A stretch of 64,000 nucleotides of DNA from Actinomycetes bacterium. GTDB lineage: Bacteria; Actinomycetota; Actinomycetes; Nanopelagicales; Nanopelagicaceae. Positions within the stretch are counted from its first letter, which is position 1. Each line of letters opens with the position of its first letter. The notes under the pieces are model-generated. The model made no database searches and was not told the origin of the DNA. It saw only the letters and a program-made list of their open reading frames with translations. Positions 29,641 to 37,780 of this stretch are shown here, piece after piece. Both the position numbers and the translations under genes were made by a program. The stretch is taken from assembly GCA_043776875.1 (NCBI GenBank), contig JAYVQU010000039.1, forward strand, positions 29,239 to 93,238, written 5' to 3'.

Positions 29641-31539
29641 TTACCCTACGGTAATCGTCACCAAGCTGCCACGTTTGACCATTGTGTTTGCTGCTGGTGA
29701 AACTCTTTTGACAACCGCTATCTTACTATTTCCAATTGTTACGACTCTTACCTTAAGCCCAAGGGACTCAAGCATCTCTTTACCAGCGATTGCTTCCATC
29801 GCGATAATAGTTTGTGGAATATATGTATAGCGAGATCCCCTTGAAATCAAAATAAAAACACTTCCACCCTTATTTGCAGTTGTACCACCGGTTGGTGCTT
29901 GCGAAATTACAGCAAGTTCTGGAACCACTTCGCTAAATGCATACCCGGTTTCAACATTAAACCCAGCTTGAGTCAATTCATTGAGGGCTTGTTCACCGCT
30001 TAGACCTAGATAAGAAACAAGCGCAACTTGTTCAATTCCCTTTGAAACAATTAGATCAACCTTTGCGGCTCGTTTCACAGATGAGCCAGCAGCAGGGGAG
30101 GTTGCAATCACAAATCCTTTTAGAATTTGCGCGTCAAATACTTCGTTAAGTTTGCCAATCACCAGTGGATATTTTGAAAGGGCAGATTGAGCCGCGTCAG
30201 GTGTTAAGCCAGTTGTAGTTGGAATTTTGTATCTTTCTGGCCCCTTTGAGATTATTAAATTAACGCTTCCGCTTACTTCCACCTTTCCACCCCCAGGTGG
30301 CTGCGATTCAATGACTTTTCCCTTTGGAATCTCTTCATCAAATCTGCTTTCAATAACTGCTGCAGTTAAACCCAAAGGCGCAAAGATCGAAATGGCTTCA
30401 TTGTAAGTACCGCCTACCGTGGATGGAACAACAACTTGTGAACCTGGACCTACTAATGTCCACCAGCCACCAACCCCGAGTGCAACTGCAAGAATCAAAG
30501 CAACCTTGCGGTTTCTGCGCACCCGCTTGCTTGCTTTCCGTTTCTTTTCTTCTCGTCGTTTAATTTCGCGCGTTGACTCTCTTAGTACGAATTCATCTAC
30601 CTTGACTGGTACCTCCTTAATTTTTTTATGAGCCTTTTCCCGGATTGGTTCAACTGGCAAATCCAAACCAAGATCCATTTGGTTCTTCTTTGGATCTAAA
30701 TTGATTTGAATCTGCTGCAATTTTTCTAGAAACTCACCAGCTGACCTTGGTCGGGAATCGGGATTTCTCGCCGTGGCACTAGCAATTAACTCATCTAATG
30801 ATTGTGGGATCTCTTTGCGTTTGCTTCTCAGGCGCGGAATTTCTTCATTGACATGCATGTATGCAATTTGAATTGGCGAGTCCGCTTCAAATGGCTTTTG
30901 GCCAGTAAACATTTCATAGGCAACAATTCCTACGGCATAAACGTCGCTACGCGAATCAGCAATTCCTCGCTGAACCTGTTCGGGGGATAGGTAAGACACA
31001 CTTCCCAAGATCACACTTGATTCGGCGGTCATTGATGAACCGATGAGCGCGCCTCGAGCAAGTCCAAAGTCTGCGACCTTGATTCGACCATCATGTGATA
31101 TCAAAATATTCTCTGGTTTGATATCTCTATGCACAATTCCCAATGCATGTGCTGCTGCCAGTGCACTAAGAATTGGTGTTAAGTAATTGATTGCATCTTT
31201 TATTTCAAACCTGCCGCGTTCCTTCAAATATTGACGTAAAGTATGACCTTCAATGAGTTCCATCACCAAGAAGACGGCCGGAATCCCATTTTGATTCCAG
31301 CCCTGATCTTGTACCGCCACGATGTTTGGGTGCGAAAGTGCAGCAGCAGCTTTTGCCTCACAAATAAACCGAGAAACAAAGACCTCATCTTGGGCAAGAT
31401 GAGGATGCATAATTTTGACCGCAACTTTACGATCTAGGCGGATATCAAGGCCTTCATAAATCGATGCCATGCCTCCATTGGCCATCTGACGCAGTAATTG
31501 GTAGCGCCCATCAATGAGTTCACCGGACAGATCGGACAT
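29641..31539 (-). CDS. PASTA-domain Ser/Thr protein kinase (Stk1/PknB/PknL type)
   Basis: GGMASIY, VAVK, HRDIKPEN, DFG, YLSPE; TM segment; several PASTA repeats. Start set to ATG 31539, 6 nt after TAAAAT. Confidence 0.94.
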   Translation of the reverse strand: MSDLSGELIDGRYQLLRQMANGGMASIYEGLDIRLDRKVAVKIMHPHLAQDEVFVSRFICEAKAAAALSHPNIVAVQDQGWNQNGIPAVFLVMELIEGHTLRQYLKERGRFEIKDAINYLTPILSALAAAHALGIVHRDIKPENILISHDGRIKVADFGLARGALIGSSMTAESSVILGSVSYLSPEQVQRGIADSRSDVYAVGIVAYEMFTGQKPFEADSPIQIAYMHVNEEIPRLRSKRKEIPQSLDELIASATARNPDSRPRSAGEFLEKLQQIQINLDPKKNQMDLGLDLPVEPIREKAHKKIKEVPVKVDEFVLRESTREIKRREEKKRKASKRVRRNRKVALILAVALGVGGWWTLVGPGSQVVVPSTVGGTYNEAISIFAPLGLTAAVIESRFDEEIPKGKVIESQPPGGGKVEVSGSVNLIISKGPERYKIPTTTGLTPDAAQSALSKYPLVIGKLNEVFDAQILKGFVIATSPAAGSSVKRAAKVDLIVSKGIEQVALVSYLGLSGEQALNELTQAGFNVETGYAFSEVVPELAVISQAPTGGTTANKGGSVFILISRGSRYTYIPQTIIAMEAIAGKEMLESLGLKVRVVTIGNSKIAVVKRVSPAANTMVKRGSLVTITVG

Positions 31540-31555
31540 ATGCAAATTTTACGGA

Positions 31556-31576
31556 GTGCACCTGTTGCAGGTGCAC
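31556..31576. terminator. GC-rich 9-bp hairpin, possible terminator of the riboswitch-kinase transcript or an operator on the kinase promoter
   Basis: GTGCACCTG-TTG-CAGGTGCAC is a perfect inverted repeat. There is no clear U-tract. Confidence 0.4.
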
Positions 31577-31594
31577 AGGGCGCGCCCAAACTCG

Positions 31595-32086
31595 TTATGA
31601 AGTGATTTTATACCCGCAATTTTCGCGGGTTTCATCATTTCGAAAGTGGATAGCTTGATCGATTTGCCATTGCCGCATTAGCTTCGCCAAATGTCCACCA
31701 TCTCGAGCTAGCACCCGTTGCAAACCTATTTCCGGCTCAACATCTAACCAATAAGTTGTTGCACCGGCTGCTCTAACAATACGCTGGGCCGCACCAACAC
31801 CTTCCAGAATGAGAACATCAGTTGGTGTTATTACCTGCCTTTGATCAAAGATCATGCTGTTCCAATTAAATTTCTGGACAGTGAACTCTCTTTTTTCTTT
31901 ATGGGCCGCTAGTATCCTTTTGAGAATTTGCGTCAAATCATCACTGAGCGCATCATCCCAGCCACTGTACAACTCATCCATATGAATGAGTTGTACAGTG
32001 GAAAAGCGGGAAAACTGCGCAGCAAACTTTGCTGCCAGGGTGGTCTTGCCGGCGCCGGCGGGACCATCAATAGCTAAGAGAATCAC
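31595..32086 (-). CDS. Uridine-kinase-like P-loop kinase; 5' end possibly frameshifted
   Basis: AIDGPAGAGKTT, HMDELY, ILEGVG, LQRVLARDG. An in-frame TAA lies just above TTG 32104; first GTG at 32086. Confidence 0.8.
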   Translation of the reverse strand: MILLAIDGPAGAGKTTLAAKFAAQFSRFSTVQLIHMDELYSGWDDALSDDLTQILKRILAAHKEKREFTVQKFNWNSMIFDQRQVITPTDVLILEGVGAAQRIVRAAGATTYWLDVEPEIGLQRVLARDGGHLAKLMRQWQIDQAIHFRNDETRENCGYKITS

Positions 32087-32132
32087 GCCAGCGTTTCCAA
32101 CCAATTAAGGCCGTAAACAAAGTTGTTGACAT
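32067..32132 (-). CDS. 21-aa ORF MSTTLFTALIGWKRWRDSLSY directly behind the riboswitch SD (leader peptide or frameshifted kinase N-terminus)
   Basis: AAAGGA-AATCATT-ATG at 32132; TGA at 32069-67; overlaps the kinase GTG out of frame. Confidence 0.45.
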   Translation of the reverse strand: MSTTLFTALIGWKRWRDSLSY

Positions 32133-32140
32133 AATGATTT

Positions 32141-32220
32141 CCTTTCCGCATCCGCATTACCGAATGGGTCAATCGGTCGGTCTGGATTTCAGACCCTCTC
32201 AGCCGTGGTGGCTCCCGTAA
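32141..32220 (-). ncRNA. TPP (THI-box)-like riboswitch, variant in P4/P5
   Basis: Minus strand reads CGGGAGC-CACCACGG-CTGAGA-GGGTCTGAAATCCAGACC-GACCG-ATTGACC-CATTCG-GTAATG-CGGATG-CGGAAAGG. P2, P3, CUGAGA, P3a and the L5 TAATG loop are present; the J4/5 UGA is absent. Confidence 0.75.
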
Positions 32221-32225
32221 CTAGT

Positions 32226-32235
32226 AGAGTAGCGT
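32226..32235. promoter_or_regulatory. Putative bidirectional promoter for riboswitch and crtYc
   Basis: Plus TAGCGT (32230-35) lies 6 nt before the crtYc GTG; minus TACTCT (32226-31) places a TSS at the aptamer 5' end. Confidence 0.55.
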
Positions 32236-32241
32236 TATCCC

Positions 32242-32568
32242 GTGCTCAAGTTTAGTTATTTGGCAATGATTGTCTTCACAATTGTTGGATCATTCTGGCT
32301 AGAATTGTTTTTAAAAGTTAAGGTAATCCAGCGGTACCGGCGTGCTTTTAAGGCAATCTTTCCGGTTTCCTTGATTTTCATTGCCTGGGATGCCTACGCA
32401 ATCAAAAGTGGGCATTGGCGCTTCGATGAGGCGCAAATTTTAGGAATCTACGGTCCATTTTCTATTCCGCTTGAGGAGTATCTATTTTTCACGGTTGTAC
32501 CCCTCGCCGCAATTATGACAATAGAAGCGGTTAGTGCAGTTAAAAAGCATTGGCGGATATACAAGTGA
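32242..32568 (+). CDS. crtYc: Heterodimeric lycopene cyclase subunit (CrtYc-like)
   Basis: Membrane protein with FIAWD.YAI..GHW.F and IPLEEYLFF. Confidence 0.85.
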   Translation: MLKFSYLAMIVFTIVGSFWLELFLKVKVIQRYRRAFKAIFPVSLIFIAWDAYAIKSGHWRFDEAQILGIYGPFSIPLEEYLFFTVVPLAAIMTIEAVSAVKKHWRIYK

Positions 32569-32867
32569 GATACACACAGTTGGCAATAGCTGCGGTTTTG
32601 ATTGCAATGACTGTTGACTTATTCGTTGTTAGGACGGCGTTACTTAAACGCAAAGTGTTCTGGAGTACATACGCGATCATAGTTGGATTTCAATTGCTCA
32701 CAAATTGGTGGCTCACCTCGCGCAACATTGTCATTTACCGCCCAGATGTAATCATTGGTCTAAGAATTGCTTCGGCCCCGGTAGAAGATTTGCTGTTTGG
32801 TTTTGCCCTGGTCTTAGGCGTGCTAGTTAATTGGATACGGCTAGGCGCTTCAGATAAGCAGCGCTAG
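32565..32867 (+). CDS. crtYd: Heterodimeric lycopene cyclase subunit (CrtYd-like)
   Basis: FQLLTNWWLT, APVEDLLFGF; GTGA overlap with the crtYc stop. Confidence 0.85.
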   Translation: MRYTQLAIAAVLIAMTVDLFVVRTALLKRKVFWSTYAIIVGFQLLTNWWLTSRNIVIYRPDVIIGLRIASAPVEDLLFGFALVLGVLVNWIRLGASDKQR

Positions 32868-33729
32868 CCACCCGAATTCGACGGGAAGTTGAAGTTTTTG
32901 CTCGCTTGTTGAAAATATCGTAATTGATCTTTTCTACCTCATCAACGATTCCACAATACAAAATACTCGCCGCCTGGATACATGGACGACTAGTCGGCTC
33001 TAGCATTTTAATTCCAGGAGCAGCTTCAGCCTGTAATCTTCTAACGCGCGCTATCTGAAACTTTAGCGCTTCGACAATTTCAGGAGTTCGTACTCGCGCT
33101 TCCAGCATTTCGCGCGTTACGCCAAATTGCGCAAGCTCTTTGATCGGCAAGTAGACGCGACCTCGGTCAAGATCTTCATTTACATCGCGGACAAAATTGG
33201 CTAACTGAAATGCGATACCTAATTTCTTAGCAGCTACAAAGGCATCATTGTGCAACGGTCCAAGTATGGGCACCATTTCAAGACCAATAACTGCAGCCGA
33301 TCCATGCACATATTCCAATAAATCTTCGTAGCTTTCATACGCCTGAATTGTTAGGTCCATTCTCATCGAATGCAGGAATGCGGCAAAGTGTTCATGTGGG
33401 ATAGCAAATCGGTTGACAGTATCTATTAGCGCCCGGCCAACGGCATCTTCACTAACTCCACGCTGGAGGTCTGACAAAACTTTGCTGCCCCAAGTATCTA
33501 AAACTTCGGTCTTTTCTGCCACCGTAAATTCAGAAGCCAAGTCATCTACGATTTCATCGGCATAGCGGGCAAAACCATACAAGGCATGAACAAAGGGCCG
33601 CTTTGCTTTGGGTAGTAAGAGTGTTGCTAGAAAATATGTTTTCCCATGCAAAGCATTGAGTCGTTTGCACTCTTGGTAAGATGCGCGAAGTTCTGGATCG
33701 GTTATGCCGGCTGCGGTAAGTTCATCCAC
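32827..33729 (-). CDS. crtB: Phytoene synthase
   Basis: YGFARYADEIVD, SMRMDL, AFQLANFVRDVNED..RGRVYLP. Confidence 0.95.
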   Translation of the reverse strand: MDELTAAGITDPELRASYQECKRLNALHGKTYFLATLLLPKAKRPFVHALYGFARYADEIVDDLASEFTVAEKTEVLDTWGSKVLSDLQRGVSEDAVGRALIDTVNRFAIPHEHFAAFLHSMRMDLTIQAYESYEDLLEYVHGSAAVIGLEMVPILGPLHNDAFVAAKKLGIAFQLANFVRDVNEDLDRGRVYLPIKELAQFGVTREMLEARVRTPEIVEALKFQIARVRRLQAEAAPGIKMLEPTSRPCIQAASILYCGIVDEVEKINYDIFNKRAKTSTSRRIRVASAAYLKRLAVSN

Positions 33730-35214
33730 CTACTTCACCGGACCCACTATGCGTTCGGCGGCTAATCGTCCGGAAATCAAGACCATCGGTACGCCTACGC
33801 CAGGTTGAGTTCCAGAACCAGCGAAGACGACGTTTTCGATTCCGGCTGCCATGTTGCGTGGTCTAAATGGACCAGTCTGGAAAAATGTGTGAGCGCTAGC
33901 AAATGGCGCACCAGCTTCCATGCCTTGTGCTTGCCAATCAAGCGGAGTGGTGAGAACTTCAGTCTCGATCGCATCACCAAAACCGGTGTAGCCACGTTGT
34001 TCGAGAGTTTCAACCATGTGGTCCCGAAAAGGTTTCCCTTGCTTGGTCCAATCAATATCGGCAGTTAAATTTGGGGTTGGGAAAAGCACATAGTATGAAT
34101 GTTTTCCAGCAGGCGCTAATGATGGGTCATCCTTTGATGGCAGCGTCACCAATATGCTTGGATCACTCATTAACTTCTTCTTGGTTATGAGTTCAGCAAA
34201 AATGCTATTCCAGGATTTACCAAAGTGAATGTTATGGTGGGCGGCAAAATCATATTGTCTCGATGATCCGACCAGCATAGTTACGCACGATGGTGAATAA
34301 TTTAGTCGTTTGACCGATTTCGGTGTTTTGCCTAATAGATCGCGCCAAGCTACTGGTAAATCTGGATTTAAAATAACGGCATCACATTCGATTCGCTTAC
34401 CATCTTGCGTCAATACCGCTTTTGCTCGACCGTTTACCACATCAACTTTAGAAACAGTAGTGCTGTACTTAAACTCCACCCCATGCTTTTGGGCAGCGGC
34501 AGCCATTGCTCGCGGAACTGCATGCATTCCACCCTTGGGAAAGAAAACCCCGTTTACTGAATCCATGTATGCAATGACGGCATATATTGCTAAAGCTTGC
34601 TGTGGGCTTACGCCGGCATACATAGCTTGGAATGAATAGACTTTCTGTAGTCGAGGATCCTTCATGAACTGATTAACTTTTGGAGACAACCGTCGAAAGC
34701 CGCCCAGGGCAATTAGCCGGGCCAGGTTTGGTGTCAATAGATTCAAGGGAGAGTCGATATTTCTATCGATGAAATCATTCATTTCATACTTGTATAACTT
34801 CGTTACAAAATCGACGTACTTTGCGTAACCAGCGGCTTCTGCCGGACTAATTTTGTCAGCGATCTCAGCTTCCATTTGCGCAGTGTTGGCATGCACATCA
34901 ATTTGAGATCCATCGTCGTAAAATGCGCGATACAACGGCGAAACCGGCATGAGTTCTAGCCAATCCTTCATATCCTCACCAACACTGTTGAAGGCGTCCT
35001 GGATGAGTGAAGGCATAGTCAAAACTGATGGGCCGGTGTCAAAGGAATAGCCATCTTTCTTAAGTACTCCATTTCGTCCACCAGGAACTGATTCGCGTTC
35101 AACTACGGTAACTTTGCGGCCAGCTCCTGCCAACCGTAACGCGGCGCTCAAACCAGCTAATCCGGCACCAACTATTACAACATGGTCAGTTGGCCCCTTT
35201 ACGCGTGCCGGCAT
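33730..35214 (-). CDS. crtI: Phytoene desaturase
   Basis: VGAGLAGL, FDTGPSVLTMP, FPKGGM, FAGSGTQPGVGVPMVLISG. Confidence 0.94.
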   Translation of the reverse strand: MPARVKGPTDHVVIVGAGLAGLSAALRLAGAGRKVTVVERESVPGGRNGVLKKDGYSFDTGPSVLTMPSLIQDAFNSVGEDMKDWLELMPVSPLYRAFYDDGSQIDVHANTAQMEAEIADKISPAEAAGYAKYVDFVTKLYKYEMNDFIDRNIDSPLNLLTPNLARLIALGGFRRLSPKVNQFMKDPRLQKVYSFQAMYAGVSPQQALAIYAVIAYMDSVNGVFFPKGGMHAVPRAMAAAAQKHGVEFKYSTTVSKVDVVNGRAKAVLTQDGKRIECDAVILNPDLPVAWRDLLGKTPKSVKRLNYSPSCVTMLVGSSRQYDFAAHHNIHFGKSWNSIFAELITKKKLMSDPSILVTLPSKDDPSLAPAGKHSYYVLFPTPNLTADIDWTKQGKPFRDHMVETLEQRGYTGFGDAIETEVLTTPLDWQAQGMEAGAPFASAHTFFQTGPFRPRNMAAGIENVVFAGSGTQPGVGVPMVLISGRLAAERIVGPVK

Positions 35215-36290
35215 TATGTGCTCCGCTGCGTTGCGATGTTTGCAAGTTCAACTAGTAATTCTTTTCCATCATTTGAAATGTAAGGTGATGCAAGCGCGGC
35301 AAGAGATTGTTGCGTTAATTTTTCAATCATCGCTTCCAGTTTTGCCTTGGCCCCGGTCTCGGTGATGATTTGCTGAAGCATTGCAATACCATTCGAATCC
35401 AAATCAGCTTTCCCAAAGTGCGCTTTGCTTGCTTGGCATTGGGCATCGGTTTGCTGCTCGCGCGAGAGCGCAATTAAAACCGTTTTCTTACCTTCTCGTA
35501 AATCATCTCCGGCGGGCTTGCCGGTAACTGATGGATCTCCAAAAACTCCTAACAAATCATCGCGCAACTGAAATGCCTCGCCAAGTGGCAGACCGTAAGC
35601 AGATAGTGCCTGGAAAATTTCGCTTTTTGGCGATTGTGCAATTGCTGCGCCAAGATGCAAGGGGCGCTCAATGGTGTATTTGCCTGACTTGTAGCGAGCA
35701 ATCTTCATGGAACGTTCGGTACTTGTACTTTTTCGAGTTTGTTCATGAATATCTAAAAACTGACCTGCCATTAATTCAACCCGCATTTCGTTGTAGTACG
35801 GGAACATCCGCGTTAATTTCTCACTAGTTAAACCGGAAGAGTTGAGCATTTTATCGCACCACACCAATGCTAAGTCGCCAAGTAGGACCGCGGCTGATAA
35901 ACCATATTGCGGGGCAAAGCCAGCTAATTGATCTTGCACATGGATGGATTCAAAGTGGCGATGGATTGAAGGTTTTCCACGACGAGTATCAGATCCATCC
36001 ATCAAATCATCATGAATTAATGCGCATGCTTGTAGCAACTCAAGACAAGCCATTGCACGTACTTCTGGTTTGCCAAGAGTTCCTTGTGCGGCAATTAATC
36101 CAGCATATGCAAACAATGGGCGAAGACGTTTTCCAGTATCCATCAAAAAAGAGTTAAGCGAATCACATACTGGGGCTAAATCAGCGGAAATCTCTTTCAG
36201 ATAAGCACTTTCGCGGTTGAGAAATATGCTCAACTCTTCCTCTATGGCAGAGCGAACACTGATTAACTCCGACTTTGGCGCCAAACTCAC
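35214..36290 (-). CDS. crtE: Polyprenyl (GGPP) diphosphate synthase
   Basis: GKRLRP, LIHDDLMD..DTRRG, GQFLD, FQLRDDLLG, DDLREGK. Confidence 0.9.
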   Translation of the reverse strand: MSLAPKSELISVRSAIEEELSIFLNRESAYLKEISADLAPVCDSLNSFLMDTGKRLRPLFAYAGLIAAQGTLGKPEVRAMACLELLQACALIHDDLMDGSDTRRGKPSIHRHFESIHVQDQLAGFAPQYGLSAAVLLGDLALVWCDKMLNSSGLTSEKLTRMFPYYNEMRVELMAGQFLDIHEQTRKSTSTERSMKIARYKSGKYTIERPLHLGAAIAQSPKSEIFQALSAYGLPLGEAFQLRDDLLGVFGDPSVTGKPAGDDLREGKKTVLIALSREQQTDAQCQASKAHFGKADLDSNGIAMLQQIITETGAKAKLEAMIEKLTQQSLAALASPYISNDGKELLVELANIATQRST

Positions 36291-36312
36291 GTGGTAACGG
36301 TACCCTCACTCT
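36291..36312. promoter_or_regulatory. 22-bp intergenic bidirectional leaderless promoter (crtE/metF)
   Basis: Minus TACCGT (36297-302) and plus TACCCT (36301-306) share the TA; each lies 6 nt from its GTG start. Confidence 0.6.
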
Positions 36313-37167
36313 GTGGCAGTGCGCACTTCGTATTCATTTGAGTTCTTTCCTCCTAAGGATGTTGCGGGGGAAGAGCGGCTGTGGAATGCCATTGAAGGAC
36401 TCAGATCAATCGCCCCAGATTTCGTTTCTGTTACCTACGGCGCAGGTGGCTCTACCCGAGATAGCTCAATTAGGATTGCAGGTGACATTAAGCATCGAAC
36501 CGGAATTTCAACAATTGCCCACCTCACCTGTGTTGGCTCTACCCGAGATGAGTTGATAGAAATTCTTCAAAGTTACAAGGATGCTCAGATTAAGAGCATC
36601 TTGGCCCTTCGTGGAGATCCAGTTGGTGGTCCAAGTTCGCCATGGACACCAACTCTCGATGGATTAAATCATGCAGATGAATTAGTCCAACTGGCGGCAG
36701 ATTTTGGCGGTTTTACTATTGGAGTTGCGGCATTTCCAGATGGACACCCAGCATCCGGTGGCGATTTTGAAGGAGATATTGATGTGTTAATTAGAAAGGA
36801 AGAGCTCGGCGCTACTTTTGCAACAACCCAATTCTTTTTTAATGTGGATCAATATCAGAGACTGGTAGATCGCTTAGTTGCTCGTGGATCTTCACTTTCA
36901 ATCATTCCTGGAATTTTGCCAGTTACTAATGTGAAGTTACTGCATCGAATGGCAGAACTTGGCGGAACACCGATTCCTCCTGATATGGCCGATGCTTTCT
37001 CAAAAGTTGAGTCAGATCCACAAGCAGTTCGCCAACTTGGAGTCGAAATTGCCACCACATTGTGTCGGCAACTTTTAGCCGTTGGGGCACCAGGGCTGCA
37101 CTTCTATACCATGAACAGTTCTACGGCTACCCAAGAAATTTACCGAAAGCTTAATAATGTTAAGTAA
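36313..37167 (+). CDS. metF: Methylenetetrahydrofolate reductase
   Basis: SFEFFPPK, SVTYGAGGS, AHLTC, LALRGD, TQFFF, LHFYTMN. Confidence 0.96.
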   Translation: MAVRTSYSFEFFPPKDVAGEERLWNAIEGLRSIAPDFVSVTYGAGGSTRDSSIRIAGDIKHRTGISTIAHLTCVGSTRDELIEILQSYKDAQIKSILALRGDPVGGPSSPWTPTLDGLNHADELVQLAADFGGFTIGVAAFPDGHPASGGDFEGDIDVLIRKEELGATFATTQFFFNVDQYQRLVDRLVARGSSLSIIPGILPVTNVKLLHRMAELGGTPIPPDMADAFSKVESDPQAVRQLGVEIATTLCRQLLAVGAPGLHFYTMNSSTATQEIYRKLNNVK

Positions 37168-37780
37168 GCAAGAGTTCAAAGCTAAGTGGAGCGCACTGCA
37201 TAGCGATGCCAAGACTGAAGGTATCGTCGGAGCTTGGCTCAACATCTCATACCGCTTTGGTTTGATTTGTACTTTACTTCGAATCTCACCTAACGTATTA
37301 ACTTTATTGGGCCTACTTGGCGCAGTGGCCACCGCCATCACTTCGCAATCAGTATTGGCAATTTTCTTTTTAATTTTCTCATTATTTTGCGATGGTATCG
37401 ATGGAAGTGTCGCAATATTCCAGCATAGGGAGAGTGATTGGGGCGCAACTCTTGATTCGGTAGTTGATCGAATTAGCGAAGCCTTTTGGTTCTACGCGTT
37501 GTATGCAATTGGGGTTTCGGCATGGATTCCAATCACATTGTGGAGCATTGCCGCTTTCCAAGAGTATGCACGTGCGAAATTAACTTCTTTAAGAGTAAGC
37601 GATTTAGGTTTTGTTACCCCGGCAGAACGTCCCATGCGCGCTAGTTTCCTTTTTTTAGCTTTGATTATGAATCAGCTTAATTTTCCAGGAATAACATGGT
37701 TATCAATTGCATTTCTGGCTGTGCAGATTTACAGTTTTGTCAGTGTCGTGAGTTTTGCTCGTACCCAATTGCTTCGGTAA
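37157..37780 (+). CDS. CDP-alcohol phosphatidyltransferase family protein
   Basis: PNVLTL, DGIDG.VA...G..LDSVVDR signature. Confidence 0.9.
   Translation: MLSKQEFKAKWSALHSDAKTEGIVGAWLNISYRFGLICTLLRISPNVLTLLGLLGAVATAITSQSVLAIFFLIFSLFCDGIDGSVAIFQHRESDWGATLDSVVDRISEAFWFYALYAIGVSAWIPITLWSIAAFQEYARAKLTSLRVSDLGFVTPAERPMRASFLFLALIMNQLNFPGITWLSIAFLAVQIYSFVSVVSFARTQLLR

Noticed and set aside
36313-37780. metF and CDP-alcohol transferase inside the carotenoid cluster as a possible functional link
   Set aside because: metF beside the polyprenyl synthase is, as I recall, ancestral actinobacterial synteny near the dcw cluster; no evidence for a shared pathway.
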